Both the position numbers and the translations under genes were made by a program. Shown here in pieces: positions 53,858-64,000 of a stretch of DNA of 64,000 bases. The stretch lies in IMG/VR virus record IMGVR_UViG_3300005805_000082, positions 4,826 through 68,825 of that record. One strand, 5' to 3'. This DNA comes from a virus (taxonomy: Duplodnaviria > Caudoviricetes). Each line of letters begins with the position of its first letter. The first letter of the stretch is position 1. A model generated the notes under the pieces. The model was not told where the DNA came from and searched no databases. It worked only from the letters and a program-made list of their open reading frames with translations.

Positions 53858-54982
53858 ATGGCAAAGAAAGTCCTGGTCAACTTAGACCTTACCAAAAATC
53901 AGGTGCTTAACATAGCACTTCACAACTTGGCATCGGCTCCAAGTTCACCTGTCCAAGGACAGATCTACTACAACACCACTGATAAGGTGATCTACTACTG
54001 GGATGGTACAGCATGGATTTCTGCATCAGGAGATATTACTGCAGTTACTGCAGGATCAGGTCTTACTGGTGGCGGAACCTCAGGTGCTGTAACTCTTGAT
54101 GTCAACATTGACAACTCCACATTGGAGGTTAACTCTGACATTGTAAGGATTAAAGACCTAGGAGTCACCACAGGAAAGATTGCTGATTCAGCCGTAACCA
54201 CAGCCAAGATTGCTGACGCTAATGTTACGACAATTAAGATCGCTGATAACAATGTAACCTTTGCCAAGATACAGGACATCGCAACGATGACTGTGATAGG
54301 TCGTGTGACTGCTGGTACAGGAGATCCTGAGGCTATCACTCTGATCAACGACAATACGATGGCAACAGCTTCAGCTACAAATATATCTACAGCTGGATCT
54401 ATCAAAACCTATGTTGATAACAGGGTAGCATCTCTCGGTAACCTTGAGGGTGGCTTTGCTGCAGGTTCTAGCACTAACTTCCCTACAGGATCTGGCGGAA
54501 CAAAGAAGGGTGACTACTGGTATGTTACTACAGCTGGTACTGTTCAGGGAGTTATCCTGAATGTTGGTGATGTTCTTGTTGCTACAATAGATAACGCATC
54601 TACAACACTTGCTTCTGACTGGATCTTCTTGGAGTCTAACAGGGATCAGGCTACAGAAACCGTAAAGGGTGTTGCTGAGATTGCTACTCAGACTGAGGTA
54701 AATACGGGAACAGACGATGAAAGAATTGTAACTCCTCTTAAGCTTAAGACATATCTCGATAATCGGGTTGGTGGATTTGCTTCCAATATAGGCAATGCAT
54801 CTGCTACATCTTTTGCTGTTACTCATAACTTGGGAACAGTTGATGTAATTGTCTCTGTTAAAGATAACACAACACTTGACACAGTGATTACAGATGTCGT
54901 TATTACAGATGCAAATACTGTAACAATATCATTTGCTTCTGCTCCTGCGCTTAATGCTTACAGGGTTATTGTAAAGAAATAA
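53858..54982 (+). CDS. Fibre protein
   Basis: VTTAKIAD repeats, ATETVKGVAEIATQTEV. Confidence 0.65.
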   Translation: MAKKVLVNLDLTKNQVLNIALHNLASAPSSPVQGQIYYNTTDKVIYYWDGTAWISASGDITAVTAGSGLTGGGTSGAVTLDVNIDNSTLEVNSDIVRIKDLGVTTGKIADSAVTTAKIADANVTTIKIADNNVTFAKIQDIATMTVIGRVTAGTGDPEAITLINDNTMATASATNISTAGSIKTYVDNRVASLGNLEGGFAAGSSTNFPTGSGGTKKGDYWYVTTAGTVQGVILNVGDVLVATIDNASTTLASDWIFLESNRDQATETVKGVAEIATQTEVNTGTDDERIVTPLKLKTYLDNRVGGFASNIGNASATSFAVTHNLGTVDVIVSVKDNTTLDTVITDVVITDANTVTISFASAPALNAYRVIVKK

Positions 54983-54985
54983 TGA

Positions 54986-57334
54986 ATGAGGTTTCTCTCT
55001 GATATACTAGCCAAAGCTGGGTTAATTGTTGATGGTACAACCACATTAAATGGTGCTGGTGCTGCAACTGTTGACACGGATAAGTTTGTTGTTCTCGATG
55101 GTGCTGTTGTAAAATACAGGACAGGCGCACAAGTGTTGTCTGATATTGGTGCAGTATCTACTAACATTTACACAAGTAATGGAACCTTAACAGGCAATCG
55201 TACACTAACCTTGTCTACCAACTACTTAGATATAGTAGGTACAACTACAACTCGATTTTCCTCAGCTGGTAATCTTATAATTGGAGGTACTGTAGATAGC
55301 GGATGGAAGCTAGATGTAAATGGCAACATTCGTGCTACTTTGCCTGGACAATCTGGTGAACTTGGTGGAGTTTTTTATGTTGCAACTGGAGCCACTGTAA
55401 GACCATACGCTGTCGATATGGTTGTTGGTAATTATTTGATACGAGCCAACGATAGTGATTTGCACCTTGGTGCGTATTATGGCACATGGCTTAGTGGTCC
55501 ACAGATGTATATTCAAGGCGTACCTACTTTAATTTGGGGTACAACGACTGGGCCTGCGAATGTGTCTAGATTGAATATGGGTGTAAGTAATACTAATGAA
55601 TACTTACAAGGTGGAAGCTACCCTAATACAACAGATAATTACTTCTATATTTCAACTGAAATTGTTTCTTCTTCATTTGACAGAAGAAGGTTTCAGATAA
55701 GTGCAAAGGATATAAGGTTCCTTACTGGAGCAAGTGAAAGTCTTGCCATGACTATTGGTAATACTGGCACTGTTACCGTTAATAACCTTTCCGGCACAGG
55801 AACAAGAATGGTTGTTGCTGATGCTACAGGCTTGTTATCTACCCAGGCAATACCGACAGGCGGTGGTGGTGGATCAACCTCTAGGTCAACTCAGACATTT
55901 ACTGCCACATCCAACCAAACAGCGTTTACTGTATCGGGCACTCTAACTGCAGGATACTTTGATGTGTATCTTAATGGCGTAAGATTAAACTCTAGCTCTT
56001 ATTCAAATACATCCTCGGTACTTACACTTGTTGATGGTGCTGCTACAGGGGACATCATTGACGTTATTAACTACGATACACTTAGTATAACCACCCTACT
56101 TCCTGATCAGACAGGTAATGCAGGTAAGTATCTAACTACTGACGGTACAAATTTATCCTGGGCTGCAGTTTCAGGATCTGGAACTGTTACGTCTGTATCT
56201 GTAGTATCCGCTAATGGATTTGCAGGTACGGTTGCAACGGCAACAACAACCCCAGCAATCACCATCAGCACAACTATCACAGGTCTGCTGAAGGGAAATG
56301 GAACTGCAATATCTGCAGCTGTAGCTGGAACAGATTATCAATCTCCTATATCACTTACAACAACAGGCAGTTCGGGAGCAGCGACATTCAGCTCAAACTC
56401 CCTGAACATACCTAACTATACTTTAGCAGGTTTGGGCGGTCAGCCACTTGCTACGAACCTTACATCTCTAGCTGGTTTGTCTTATGTGTCTGCTTCATTT
56501 GTAAAGATGACAGCAGCTGGCACATTCTCTCTTGATACAAATACTTATTACCTGTCATCCAATCCTAACGGATATACTTCTAACACAGGAACAGTAACAA
56601 CCGTTTCTGTAGTATCTGCTAATGGGTTTGCAGGATCTGTAGCAACCGCATCGACAACTCCTGCAATAACTATATCAACTAGTGTAACAGGTATATTGAA
56701 AGGAAACGGTACAGCTATAAGTGCAGCTGTTGCAGGAACTGATTACTTGGTATCCAACCAGACAATCACCTTATCTGGAGATGTATCAGGATCTGGATCT
56801 ACAGCAATCACCACAGCCATTGGCGCAAACAAAGTTACAAACGCCATGCTTGCTCAGGTGTCTACTGCGACATTCAAGGGTAGGACAACAGCAGGTACAG
56901 GTAATGTTGAGGATCTTACAGGTACTCAGGCTACTGCCTTGCTTGATCTTTTTTCTTCTAGTGTTAAAGGTCTTGTACCTGCAAGTGGTGGAGGAACTAC
57001 AAACTTTTTAAGGGCAGACGGCACATGGGCTGCACCTCCTGCAGGTGGCGGTGCATATTCAGTTATAACTGTAACAACAACCCATTCAGAAACTGCAACT
57101 TCAGGAACTAAGATAATTAAAGCGGATACATCAGGTGGAGCATTTACAATTAACCTACCTACTGCTGTGGGTAATACAGCAACAATCATCATCAAAAAAA
57201 TAGCTGGTTCGGGGGCATTGACAGTTGATGGTAACGGAACACAGACAATAGATGGTGGAACAACAGCAATTTTAAATAAAGTATATGAGTCTATAACACT
57301 CATATCAGATAACTCAAACTGGCAAATAGTATAA
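54986..57334 (+). CDS. Tail fibre protein
   Basis: T/G/S-rich with internal 50-aa duplication. Confidence 0.7.
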   Translation: MRFLSDILAKAGLIVDGTTTLNGAGAATVDTDKFVVLDGAVVKYRTGAQVLSDIGAVSTNIYTSNGTLTGNRTLTLSTNYLDIVGTTTTRFSSAGNLIIGGTVDSGWKLDVNGNIRATLPGQSGELGGVFYVATGATVRPYAVDMVVGNYLIRANDSDLHLGAYYGTWLSGPQMYIQGVPTLIWGTTTGPANVSRLNMGVSNTNEYLQGGSYPNTTDNYFYISTEIVSSSFDRRRFQISAKDIRFLTGASESLAMTIGNTGTVTVNNLSGTGTRMVVADATGLLSTQAIPTGGGGGSTSRSTQTFTATSNQTAFTVSGTLTAGYFDVYLNGVRLNSSSYSNTSSVLTLVDGAATGDIIDVINYDTLSITTLLPDQTGNAGKYLTTDGTNLSWAAVSGSGTVTSVSVVSANGFAGTVATATTTPAITISTTITGLLKGNGTAISAAVAGTDYQSPISLTTTGSSGAATFSSNSLNIPNYTLAGLGGQPLATNLTSLAGLSYVSASFVKMTAAGTFSLDTNTYYLSSNPNGYTSNTGTVTTVSVVSANGFAGSVATASTTPAITISTSVTGILKGNGTAISAAVAGTDYLVSNQTITLSGDVSGSGSTAITTAIGANKVTNAMLAQVSTATFKGRTTAGTGNVEDLTGTQATALLDLFSSSVKGLVPASGGGTTNFLRADGTWAAPPAGGGAYSVITVTTTHSETATSGTKIIKADTSGGAFTINLPTAVGNTATIIIKKIAGSGALTVDGNGTQTIDGGTTAILNKVYESITLISDNSNWQIV

Positions 57335-57335
57335 G

Positions 57336-58421
57336 ATGGCATATCAACCTTCACCAGATTTAGGGCAGGCTACATCGGCCAACAGTTTGCCCGTAGTAAT
57401 ATCTTCAGACCAAACATCAGTGCCTATATCTGATGGCGGTAATACATTGACCGTTGATGGAACGGTAGGCGTTAGCGGTACGGTAACTGTATCGGGAACT
57501 GTTGATACAGAACTTCCTACTGCTGCAGCTCTTGCCGACTCTACAGCTAACCCAACAACACCTATTGTTGGTACAGCATTGCAAGGCTTCAACGGATCTA
57601 CTTGGGACAGGTTAAAGACCGACACCTCTCTTGCTGGTAATGCAGCAAACGATAGTGCTGTAGGTATTCTTGCAGCTGGTATTGGTCCCGGTTTTTCGAT
57701 AAGGATGAACCCTGCCAACTTAGGTACAGCTGCCAACTCTGCTTCGACAATGAATGTTGACGGAGCCAACTCAATTACTGTAGGTATAGCAACAACTACC
57801 ACGGGTACTTTCATATTTGAAGGAACTGTAGATAACACCAACTGGATTACAGTTGAGGCCTTTGACGGTAGCCAGGATATTTGGGTGAGTGCTCAGAATA
57901 TTACTCCGACAGCAGGCAGGGTATATCAGCTTTTGACTCAAGGTTACAGGCAGGTTAGACTAAGGACTGTAACTACTCTAGGAGCAACTGTATCTCACTT
58001 TGTAACTCTCAGCTCTGCTCAGCAGTTCTTGGGGGGAATAGATACTGGAGCCGCTCCTCACAACTTTGGATACGTACTAGTACATAAAGATGGCGAATAT
58101 TCAACAGCTCAGACAGGCGCTGCTCTGTGGACTCCTGCATCAGGAAAGAAGTTTGCTGTAACGGACATCACAATCACAACAGGTGGTACTACTGCTGGTA
58201 TCGTAACGCTATGGCAGGGTGCATCTGGCGACACTGCATATACGGTGGGTACAGACCCTGTTGTTTTCAGGGGTGAATTTGCGCCATCAGCAAACTCGAA
58301 GCCGGGTGTTGTAAAGTCATTCAATGTACCATATGTTTCCACAACTGCTGATCATGTGCTTAGGGTTACTACTTCAGCTGCAATGACTGTTTATGTACAA
58401 GTAAATGGATATGAATTATGA
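57336..58421 (+). CDS. Structural/fibre-associated protein
   Basis: A/T/G-rich beta composition. Confidence 0.55.
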   Translation: MAYQPSPDLGQATSANSLPVVISSDQTSVPISDGGNTLTVDGTVGVSGTVTVSGTVDTELPTAAALADSTANPTTPIVGTALQGFNGSTWDRLKTDTSLAGNAANDSAVGILAAGIGPGFSIRMNPANLGTAANSASTMNVDGANSITVGIATTTTGTFIFEGTVDNTNWITVEAFDGSQDIWVSAQNITPTAGRVYQLLTQGYRQVRLRTVTTLGATVSHFVTLSSAQQFLGGIDTGAAPHNFGYVLVHKDGEYSTAQTGAALWTPASGKKFAVTDITITTGGTTAGIVTLWQGASGDTAYTVGTDPVVFRGEFAPSANSKPGVVKSFNVPYVSTTADHVLRVTTSAAMTVYVQVNGYEL

Positions 58422-58618
58422 TGACTCAAGAAATACATTTAGTTGAAAAGGTTGTCAATGGTGATGGGACAGTTAGTATGATTGCTGAACTGTGTGTTTA
58501 TAAGGATGGTGTATTCAGTCACCATGATTCCAGAAGTCCGTTCACGTTCCCTGATACTATGACCGATCAGGAGATCATTGACTCTTTAATACTTAACGAA
58601 TACTCAAGGTATTACTAA
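58418..58618 (+). CDS. Small fibre accessory protein
   Basis: Coupled operon. Confidence 0.5.
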   Translation: MMTQEIHLVEKVVNGDGTVSMIAELCVYKDGVFSHHDSRSPFTFPDTMTDQEIIDSLILNEYSRYY

Positions 58619-59340
58619 TGGCTACATTCTTTGGAGTATCTGCTGTTCCTGTTGATGGTGCTGCTGCAACAAATGCAACCACCACAATAACCATTACGCC
58701 TCCAACATCTATGGTTGCAGGGGACTTGGTAGTGGTCTATGGTCAACAGAGGGGTAGTACTGCATGGACTGTTGGTTTAGATGGAGGACAGTCATGGACA
58801 AACGTAGGTAACTCAACGGCTACTACCAACGTATCTATGAATACATTTTGGTGCACGTTCAACGGAACTTGGTCGGTGAACCCAAGGTTTGATAACTCTG
58901 GCGGTACTTGTACGAGTGCAGTTATGCTTGTATTTAGACCAGCTGATAATACCAAGGTTTGGGCGACAGAACAGATAGCCACTACTGCTGCAGCAGCTGC
59001 AGCCACAATCACTGTAACAGGTGTAACTCCAGCCAATGGTGAGAATGTAACAATAGCATCATGGCACACAGCAGATGATAATACTTGGGGTACACTGAGT
59101 GGTACGAACTGGACGAAGGGAACTCTGTCTGCTCAGTACAGAAATACTTCAGGTCAGGACCAATCAATGACGCTAGCGTATCAACTGCAAGCTACAGCAG
59201 CACCAACTAATAACGTGTCGCAGACTCAGTTGACTTTGGGTAACGATGCTACTACTTGGAGAAGGATAACTTTCTATGAGAGTGCACCTGTTTTAGGAGG
59301 GTTTGATCCAATGGGAACTATGGGATTTTTTGGACTATGA
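58618..59340 (+). CDS. Beta-sandwich structural protein
   Basis: TITITPP....GDLVVV pattern, T/A-rich. Confidence 0.55.
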   Translation: MATFFGVSAVPVDGAAATNATTTITITPPTSMVAGDLVVVYGQQRGSTAWTVGLDGGQSWTNVGNSTATTNVSMNTFWCTFNGTWSVNPRFDNSGGTCTSAVMLVFRPADNTKVWATEQIATTAAAAAATITVTGVTPANGENVTIASWHTADDNTWGTLSGTNWTKGTLSAQYRNTSGQDQSMTLAYQLQATAAPTNNVSQTQLTLGNDATTWRRITFYESAPVLGGFDPMGTMGFFGL

Positions 59341-60218
59341 GATACCTATTTATTATACTACTGTTTGTTTCCTGTGTTAAGGAGAAACCTATGGAAAAGA
59401 AGCCAGAGGTATGCAACCTTGGCGGTCTTGCTGTTCACTCCACCCGTGAAGAGTTCGAGATGGCCCGTTCGGGGGGAACTAGAACAAAGGATGGTGACAG
59501 AGACGGTATAGCTGATAATATAGACAACTGTCCAAGGAAAGCTAACCCTGATCAGAAGGATAGTGATGGTGATGGGATAGGTGACGTGTGTGACAGCACT
59601 CCATTCTCTGTGCCGAATACAACCTATGGTGTTATCCTGCTAGACTTTGATGGCCATGTGCTTCCTGCATATAATGTGTGGAATAGCTCGGGGGCTTTGT
59701 ATACAGCTCAGCCTAGCGGATTATATCCAGCAGAGGTTCAACAGATCACTGACCTAGTAGCTTCTGACTACAGTAAGTTTAAAGTAATTGTAACAACAGA
59801 CGAGAATATATACAAGTCAGCAAACCAGTACAAAAGAATCAGGGTGATAGTAACTACATCTAGTGAATTGTATCCGGGTGCTGGAGGTGTTGCGTATGTA
59901 GGCAGTATGTTTTGGGGTGGGGAGGCGACATGCCTAGTATTCTCAGACAGGCTTTCTTATAACCCACTAAGAGTTAGGCTGGCAGCAACTCACGAGTCAG
60001 GTCATACTGTAGGTCTGTATCATCAGTCATTGTGGGATGCCAACTGTGTTCAGATATATACTTACAGACCGTGTGATGCTGCAACCAATACAGGCCCTTT
60101 CATGGGTTCTGTTGGTACTAGCTGTGTGGCGCAGTGGTGGGTTGGTCCCACAAACAGAAGCTGTACTGACATTCAGGATGATGTGGCGATAATAACTAAA
60201 AACGTAGGATTAAAATAA
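59337..60218 (+). CDS. Lipoprotein with thrombospondin type-3 repeat and metzincin-type protease
   Basis: [13 protein letters not shown] signal; [32 protein letters not shown]; [11 protein letters not shown] at 59991. Confidence 0.8.
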   Translation: MRYLFIILLFVSCVKEKPMEKKPEVCNLGGLAVHSTREEFEMARSGGTRTKDGDRDGIADNIDNCPRKANPDQKDSDGDGIGDVCDSTPFSVPNTTYGVILLDFDGHVLPAYNVWNSSGALYTAQPSGLYPAEVQQITDLVASDYSKFKVIVTTDENIYKSANQYKRIRVIVTTSSELYPGAGGVAYVGSMFWGGEATCLVFSDRLSYNPLRVRLAATHESGHTVGLYHQSLWDANCVQIYTYRPCDAATNTGPFMGSVGTSCVAQWWVGPTNRSCTDIQDDVAIITKNVGLK

Positions 60219-60224
60219 TTATCT

Positions 60225-63200
60225 ATGGCTTTCAATAGACAAAGGAGAACAAGCGACATAGCCAATGTAGTTGTAGCTGATGCTAGTAGGAACGTAACGC
60301 TTCCTGCTGATCTGACTGTCACTGCCTTGGTTAATGCAGGTTTGCTCAAGGGTAATGCTGCAGGTAAGCTTGTTGCTGCTGTAGCAGGCACAGACTTCCA
60401 ATCTCCTATAAGCCTAACTACTACAGGCACATCAGGAGCGGCAACCTTTGTTGGGGGAACTCTAAATATCCCACAATATCAAGCTCAAGGAAGCTATATA
60501 ACTTCTTTGACTGGCGAGGCAACCGCTTCTGGTCCGGGAGCTGCTTCTGTAACTCTGTCTAATGCAGCTGTTATTGGCAAGGTGCTTACAGGTCTTAACA
60601 TAACAGGAGGAAGTGTTGTTGCTACAGATACAATACTGACAGCCTTTGGAAAGCTTCAGAATCAGGTAAACGGTTTAACTGGTGGTGTAACTTATCAGGG
60701 TACATGGAACGCATCAACCAACACTCCAACTTTAACTAGCTCTACAGGAACAAAGGGATACTACTATGTAGTTTCTGTTGCCGGATCTACAAACTTAAAT
60801 GGCGTAACCGACTGGAAGCTTGGGGACTGGGCAATATATAACGGAACGTCATGGGAGAAGGTAGACAATACGGATGCTGTTGTTTCGGTAAATGGCTTTA
60901 CTGGCGCTGTAAGTTTAACCAGCGATAACGTATCAGAAGGTTCCACAAACTTATACTTTACTAATACAAGAGCTAGGTCCGCTATCTCATTGACAACTAC
61001 AGGCAGCTCGGGGGCATCAACTTACAACAGTTCTACAGGCGCACTGAATATTCCAAACTATACACTTGCAGGATTAGGCGGTCAGGCACAGCTGAACGGA
61101 ACAGGCTTTGTGAGGATGTCTGGTACTACGGTTTCATATATAAGTGGAACCAGTGCTCAGTTTGTAAAAGCTGACGGATCGTTGGACTCTACTGCCTACA
61201 CAGCCAACACGGGTACTGTAACTTCTGTGGCTTTGGCTACGGGTACAAGTGGAACTGATGTTAACGTATCAGGATCTCCGATTACTACTTCTGGTACTAT
61301 TACTCTTAATATCCCTGACGCATCGTCAACTGCAAGGGGTTTGATTACTACGGGAACACAGACTATCGTAGGTCAGAAGACCTTATACTCCGGCACAACC
61401 GTATTTGATTCCAATCAGGTTTCTACTTTAATTGAGGGAAGGGCAGGAGGTACATTGTATGGAGGGATCTTCTTTGGGTCTTTTATTCAGTTCAATGCAT
61501 ATACTTCTGCTTCAAGTGGATTTCTTTGGAAGAACGGAGCCAGTACAAACATAATGACTCTTGACCAGTCTGGAAACCTAGGGGTTAACACACTGGCAGG
61601 TACTGGGACTAGGATGGTGGTTGCCAGCAGTACGGGGGTATTAAGCACCCAAGCTATAACTACTGGTACAGTAACAAGTGTAGCTTTGGCCACAGGTTCT
61701 ACAGGTACTGACATCAACGTATCAGGATCTCCCATCACATCTTCAGGAACTATCACCTTAAACATACCTACAGCTTCAGGGTCAGCTCGGGGGCTTTTGA
61801 GTTCTGCTGACTGGACTACATTCAACAATAAACAAGCTGCCTTAACCAACCCAGTTACAGGTACAGGTGCATCGGGTCAGGTAGCCTACTTCAATGGTAC
61901 TACTACAGTTACAGGAAACAATAACTTCTTCTGGGATATAACAAATAGTAGGCTTGGTATAGGTATAAATACTCCTGTTCAAAAACTTCATGTATACGGA
62001 ACAACTAATTCAAGAGTTGGTGTAGAGGGAACAACAAACTATTCAGCGTTTCAAAATATAAATACTTCTGGTAATATCTACTGGGGAATTGATAATAGTA
62101 CGGGGTCTGATTTTACAGGAGTTGCTTATGCAAGGTTTATTTATAGTGAGGGAGCATATCCATTAATAACATATGTTAATGGTGCTGAACGTATGCGTAT
62201 TGCATCTACAGGTGCAGCTACTTTTAGCTCTACAATAGCTTCAGGAGGTGATATTACGGCTCCATATGATACTACTGATAAGCTAATCGGTATCAGATTC
62301 TCTGCTACATATTACAATGGATTTGTTTTAAATGGAACTACTCGTAGCACTGGTATTGTGTCAAGAAGTGGAGATGCAAGTGATTACATTTGGTTTGGCA
62401 CGAATGCTGCTACTGAGCGTATGCGCATTACTAATGGCGGAAACCTATTGGTGGGAACTACAAATGATCAGGGTTATAAATTAGATGTCAATGGGAAAAG
62501 TGCATTCAGAGGTGCTATGGCACTTACATCAGGAGCAACAGGTTTACCTGCAACTGCTGGTGGTGATTTGATTATTGGTGGTGGTTACTTATCTCCAACA
62601 TCAGGTAGGATTTATTTTGGTGATGGAACAGGATGGAAGCTTTATATATCAAAAAGACTTAGCTCAGTTGATACTGATCTTTTCACCTTCCAAGATAATG
62701 GTAATTTTGGTATAGGCACGAATAGTCCTGCAACACAGCTTCACTTATCTGGTTCTTCAGTACTGCGGACTACAAACACAGCAAACACTTCTGGCTTTGA
62801 CTTCGGTCTTATTGGTGGTGTATCAGATGCGACAGGATATATATACAATAGGGCAAATGCAGCATTAGTATTTGGTGTTAATAATGCCGAGCAAATGCGT
62901 ATTACTACTACTGGTCTTGGTATTGGTACTGCAAGTCCATCTTATAAACTTGATGTTGTCAGTGGAAATGGAGATGGTATTGTTTATAGAACTTCAACAA
63001 GGTCTATAGGCATAGGTCAAATATCCAGCGAACCATCATTGTTCTGGGGAAGCGGAACCCCACTAACATTCTTTAGCGGTTCTGAGTTAATGCGTATCAC
63101 ATCTGACGGTAATGTTGGTATAGGTACTACAAGCCCAAATTACCCATTACAAGTAAGAAGAGCAGGAGGTGCTGGTTCTTTAGGAATAAGTATAGATGGT

Positions 63201-64000
63201 GTTGGTAGTACTGATAGAGCCGTTCAGTATTTTGCTATTCAAGATAGTGCAGCTGGAGTAGGTGCAGGTCATGCTTTTTATTATAGGGGACCAAGTAGTA
63301 CAACAGATACTTTTGGTTATATTTTAGATGAAAATGGCCGTGTTGGTATTGGTACTACACTTCCAGCAGCAAGACTAAACGTATCAGGAAACATACTATC
63401 GTACGTTGAATCTGCAAATACAGCTGCTCTATTTATTGCAGCCAATGGTTCAAATAACTTCCAGTTCGGTATAAACAACGGAACAAGCTTTGTTATTACA
63501 GAAGGCGGCGGTGGTGATGCAATTGGAACCACAAGACTAACAATGTTAGCAAGTAGCGGTTTTGTAGGTATAGGTACTACAACTCCTGATGCAAAATTAA
63601 GAGTGGCTGGTACTTATAACGGTGCTCAAGCCGTATTTGGATTTACAGACGGAAGAGGATTAGCTATTTCATCATCTATAGTAGCAGGAACAAATGAAGC
63701 TGGAAGTGTATTAAATGCAAGAGGTGCTGGTGCTGGAACTGTAATATTCCAAACGGATGATACTGAAAGGATGCGTGTTAACTATGACGGTAATGTCGGT
63801 ATAGGTGTTACAACCCCTGGATATAGACTAGACGTATCAGGAAGTGCAGGCTCAGGTGCAGTTAGAGTAACAGACGCTACCTCTCCTGCTTACTTCATAA
63901 ATAATGTAGCTGTTCAATGGAAAAACTATATAGCTGCAAGCAGCAATGATTATAGGATTAATGACGGTATAGGTGATTATGTTACTATAAAGTATAACAG
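60225..64000 (+). CDS. Long tail fibre, 3'-truncated (not in ORF track)
   Basis: ATG at 60225; frame open at points checked and at the window end; repeated E.MRI...GN.GIGTT.P units. Confidence 0.8.
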   Translation, partial: MAFNRQRRTSDIANVVVADASRNVTLPADLTVTALVNAGLLKGNAAGKLVAAVAGTDFQSPISLTTTGTSGAATFVGGTLNIPQYQAQGSYITSLTGEATASGPGAASVTLSNAAVIGKVLTGLNITGGSVVATDTILTAFGKLQNQVNGLTGGVTYQGTWNASTNTPTLTSSTGTKGYYYVVSVAGSTNLNGVTDWKLGDWAIYNGTSWEKVDNTDAVVSVNGFTGAVSLTSDNVSEGSTNLYFTNTRARSAISLTTTGSSGASTYNSSTGALNIPNYTLAGLGGQAQLNGTGFVRMSGTTVSYISGTSAQFVKADGSLDSTAYTANTGTVTSVALATGTSGTDVNVSGSPITTSGTITLNIPDASSTARGLITTGTQTIVGQKTLYSGTTVFDSNQVSTLIEGRAGGTLYGGIFFGSFIQFNAYTSASSGFLWKNGASTNIMTLDQSGNLGVNTLAGTGTRMVVASSTGVLSTQAITTGTVTSVALATGSTGTDINVSGSPITSSGTITLNIPTASGSARGLLSSADWTTFNNKQAALTNPVTGTGASGQVAYFNGTTTVTGNNNFFWDITNSRLGIGINTPVQKLHVYGTTNSRVGVEGTTNYSAFQNINTSGNIYWGIDNSTGSDFTGVAYARFIYSEGAYPLITYVNGAERMRIASTGAATFSSTIASGGDITAPYDTTDKLIGIRFSATYYNGFVLNGTTRSTGIVSRSGDASDYIWFGTNAATERMRITNGGNLLVGTTNDQGYKLDVNGKSAFRGAMALTSGATGLPATAGGDLIIGGGYLSPTSGRIYFGDGTGWKLYISKRLSSVDTDLFTFQDNGNFGIGTNSPATQLHLSGSSVLRTTNTANTSGFDFGLIGGVSDATGYIYNRANAALVFGVNNAEQMRITTTGLGIGTASPSYKLDVVSGNGDGIVYRTSTRSIGIGQISSEPSLFWGSGTPLTFFSGSELMRITSDGNVGIGTTSPNYPLQVRRAGGAGSLGISIDGVGSTDRAVQYFAIQDSAAGVGAGHAFYYRGPSSTTDTFGYILDENGRVGIGTTLPAARLNVSGNILSYVESANTAALFIAANGSNNFQFGINNGTSFVITEGGGGDAIGTTRLTMLASSGFVGIGTTTPDAKLRVAGTYNGAQAVFGFTDGRGLAISSSIVAGTNEAGSVLNARGAGAGTVIFQTDDTERMRVNYDGNVGIGVTTPGYRLDVSGSAGSGAVRVTDATSPAYFINNVAVQWKNYIAASSNDYRINDGIGDYVTIKYN

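Larger units (their letters stand above)
749..61793. repeat. Dispersed GNTCGGGGG motif (33 copies plus 1 lacking the first G)
   Basis: 27 copies on + and 7 on - by manual count; positions given in findings. Confidence 0.85.

Noticed and set aside
1-64000. Stop-codon reassignment (TAG/TGA), as in some crAss-like phages
   Set aside because: Genes are full length and tightly coupled under the standard code; the only canonical tRNA is Trp(CCA), not a suppressor
1-64000. CRISPR array or diversity-generating retroelement
   Set aside because: No regularly spaced repeat-spacer array and no reverse transcriptase motif seen

Overview
The window is most of a tailed dsDNA phage genome. Its host is probably a Bacteroidota species, judging by TAnnTTTG-type promoters, no Shine-Dalgarno signals and a DUF4846-like gene. 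The rightward late block (40.6 kb to the end, continuing at 1-21.7 kb) has terminase, portal, capsid, fibre genes, podovirus/crAss-like tail proteins, ejection proteins, a 3101-aa polyvalent protein and a lysis cluster. The leftward block (22.4-40.5 kb) has a primase-helicase, YqaJ and Rad52-like recombination genes, a two-subunit nested C5 methyltransferase, an XRE repressor, a tyrosine integrase and small early genes. No DNA or RNA polymerase is visible. The most striking signals are non-coding. (1) A twister and a hammerhead ribozyme flank one small early gene and would release a 319-nt RNA with 5'-OH and 2',3'-cyclic-phosphate ends, a possible natural circular mRNA. (2) There is a tRNA minihelix, two anticodon-defective tRNA-like RNAs with identical acceptor stems, and structured leader RNAs on both main transcripts. 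(3) A strand-polarised motif, GNTCGGGGG, occurs 33 times against about 1 expected. All calls come from reading the sequence by hand; no database search or folding program was run.
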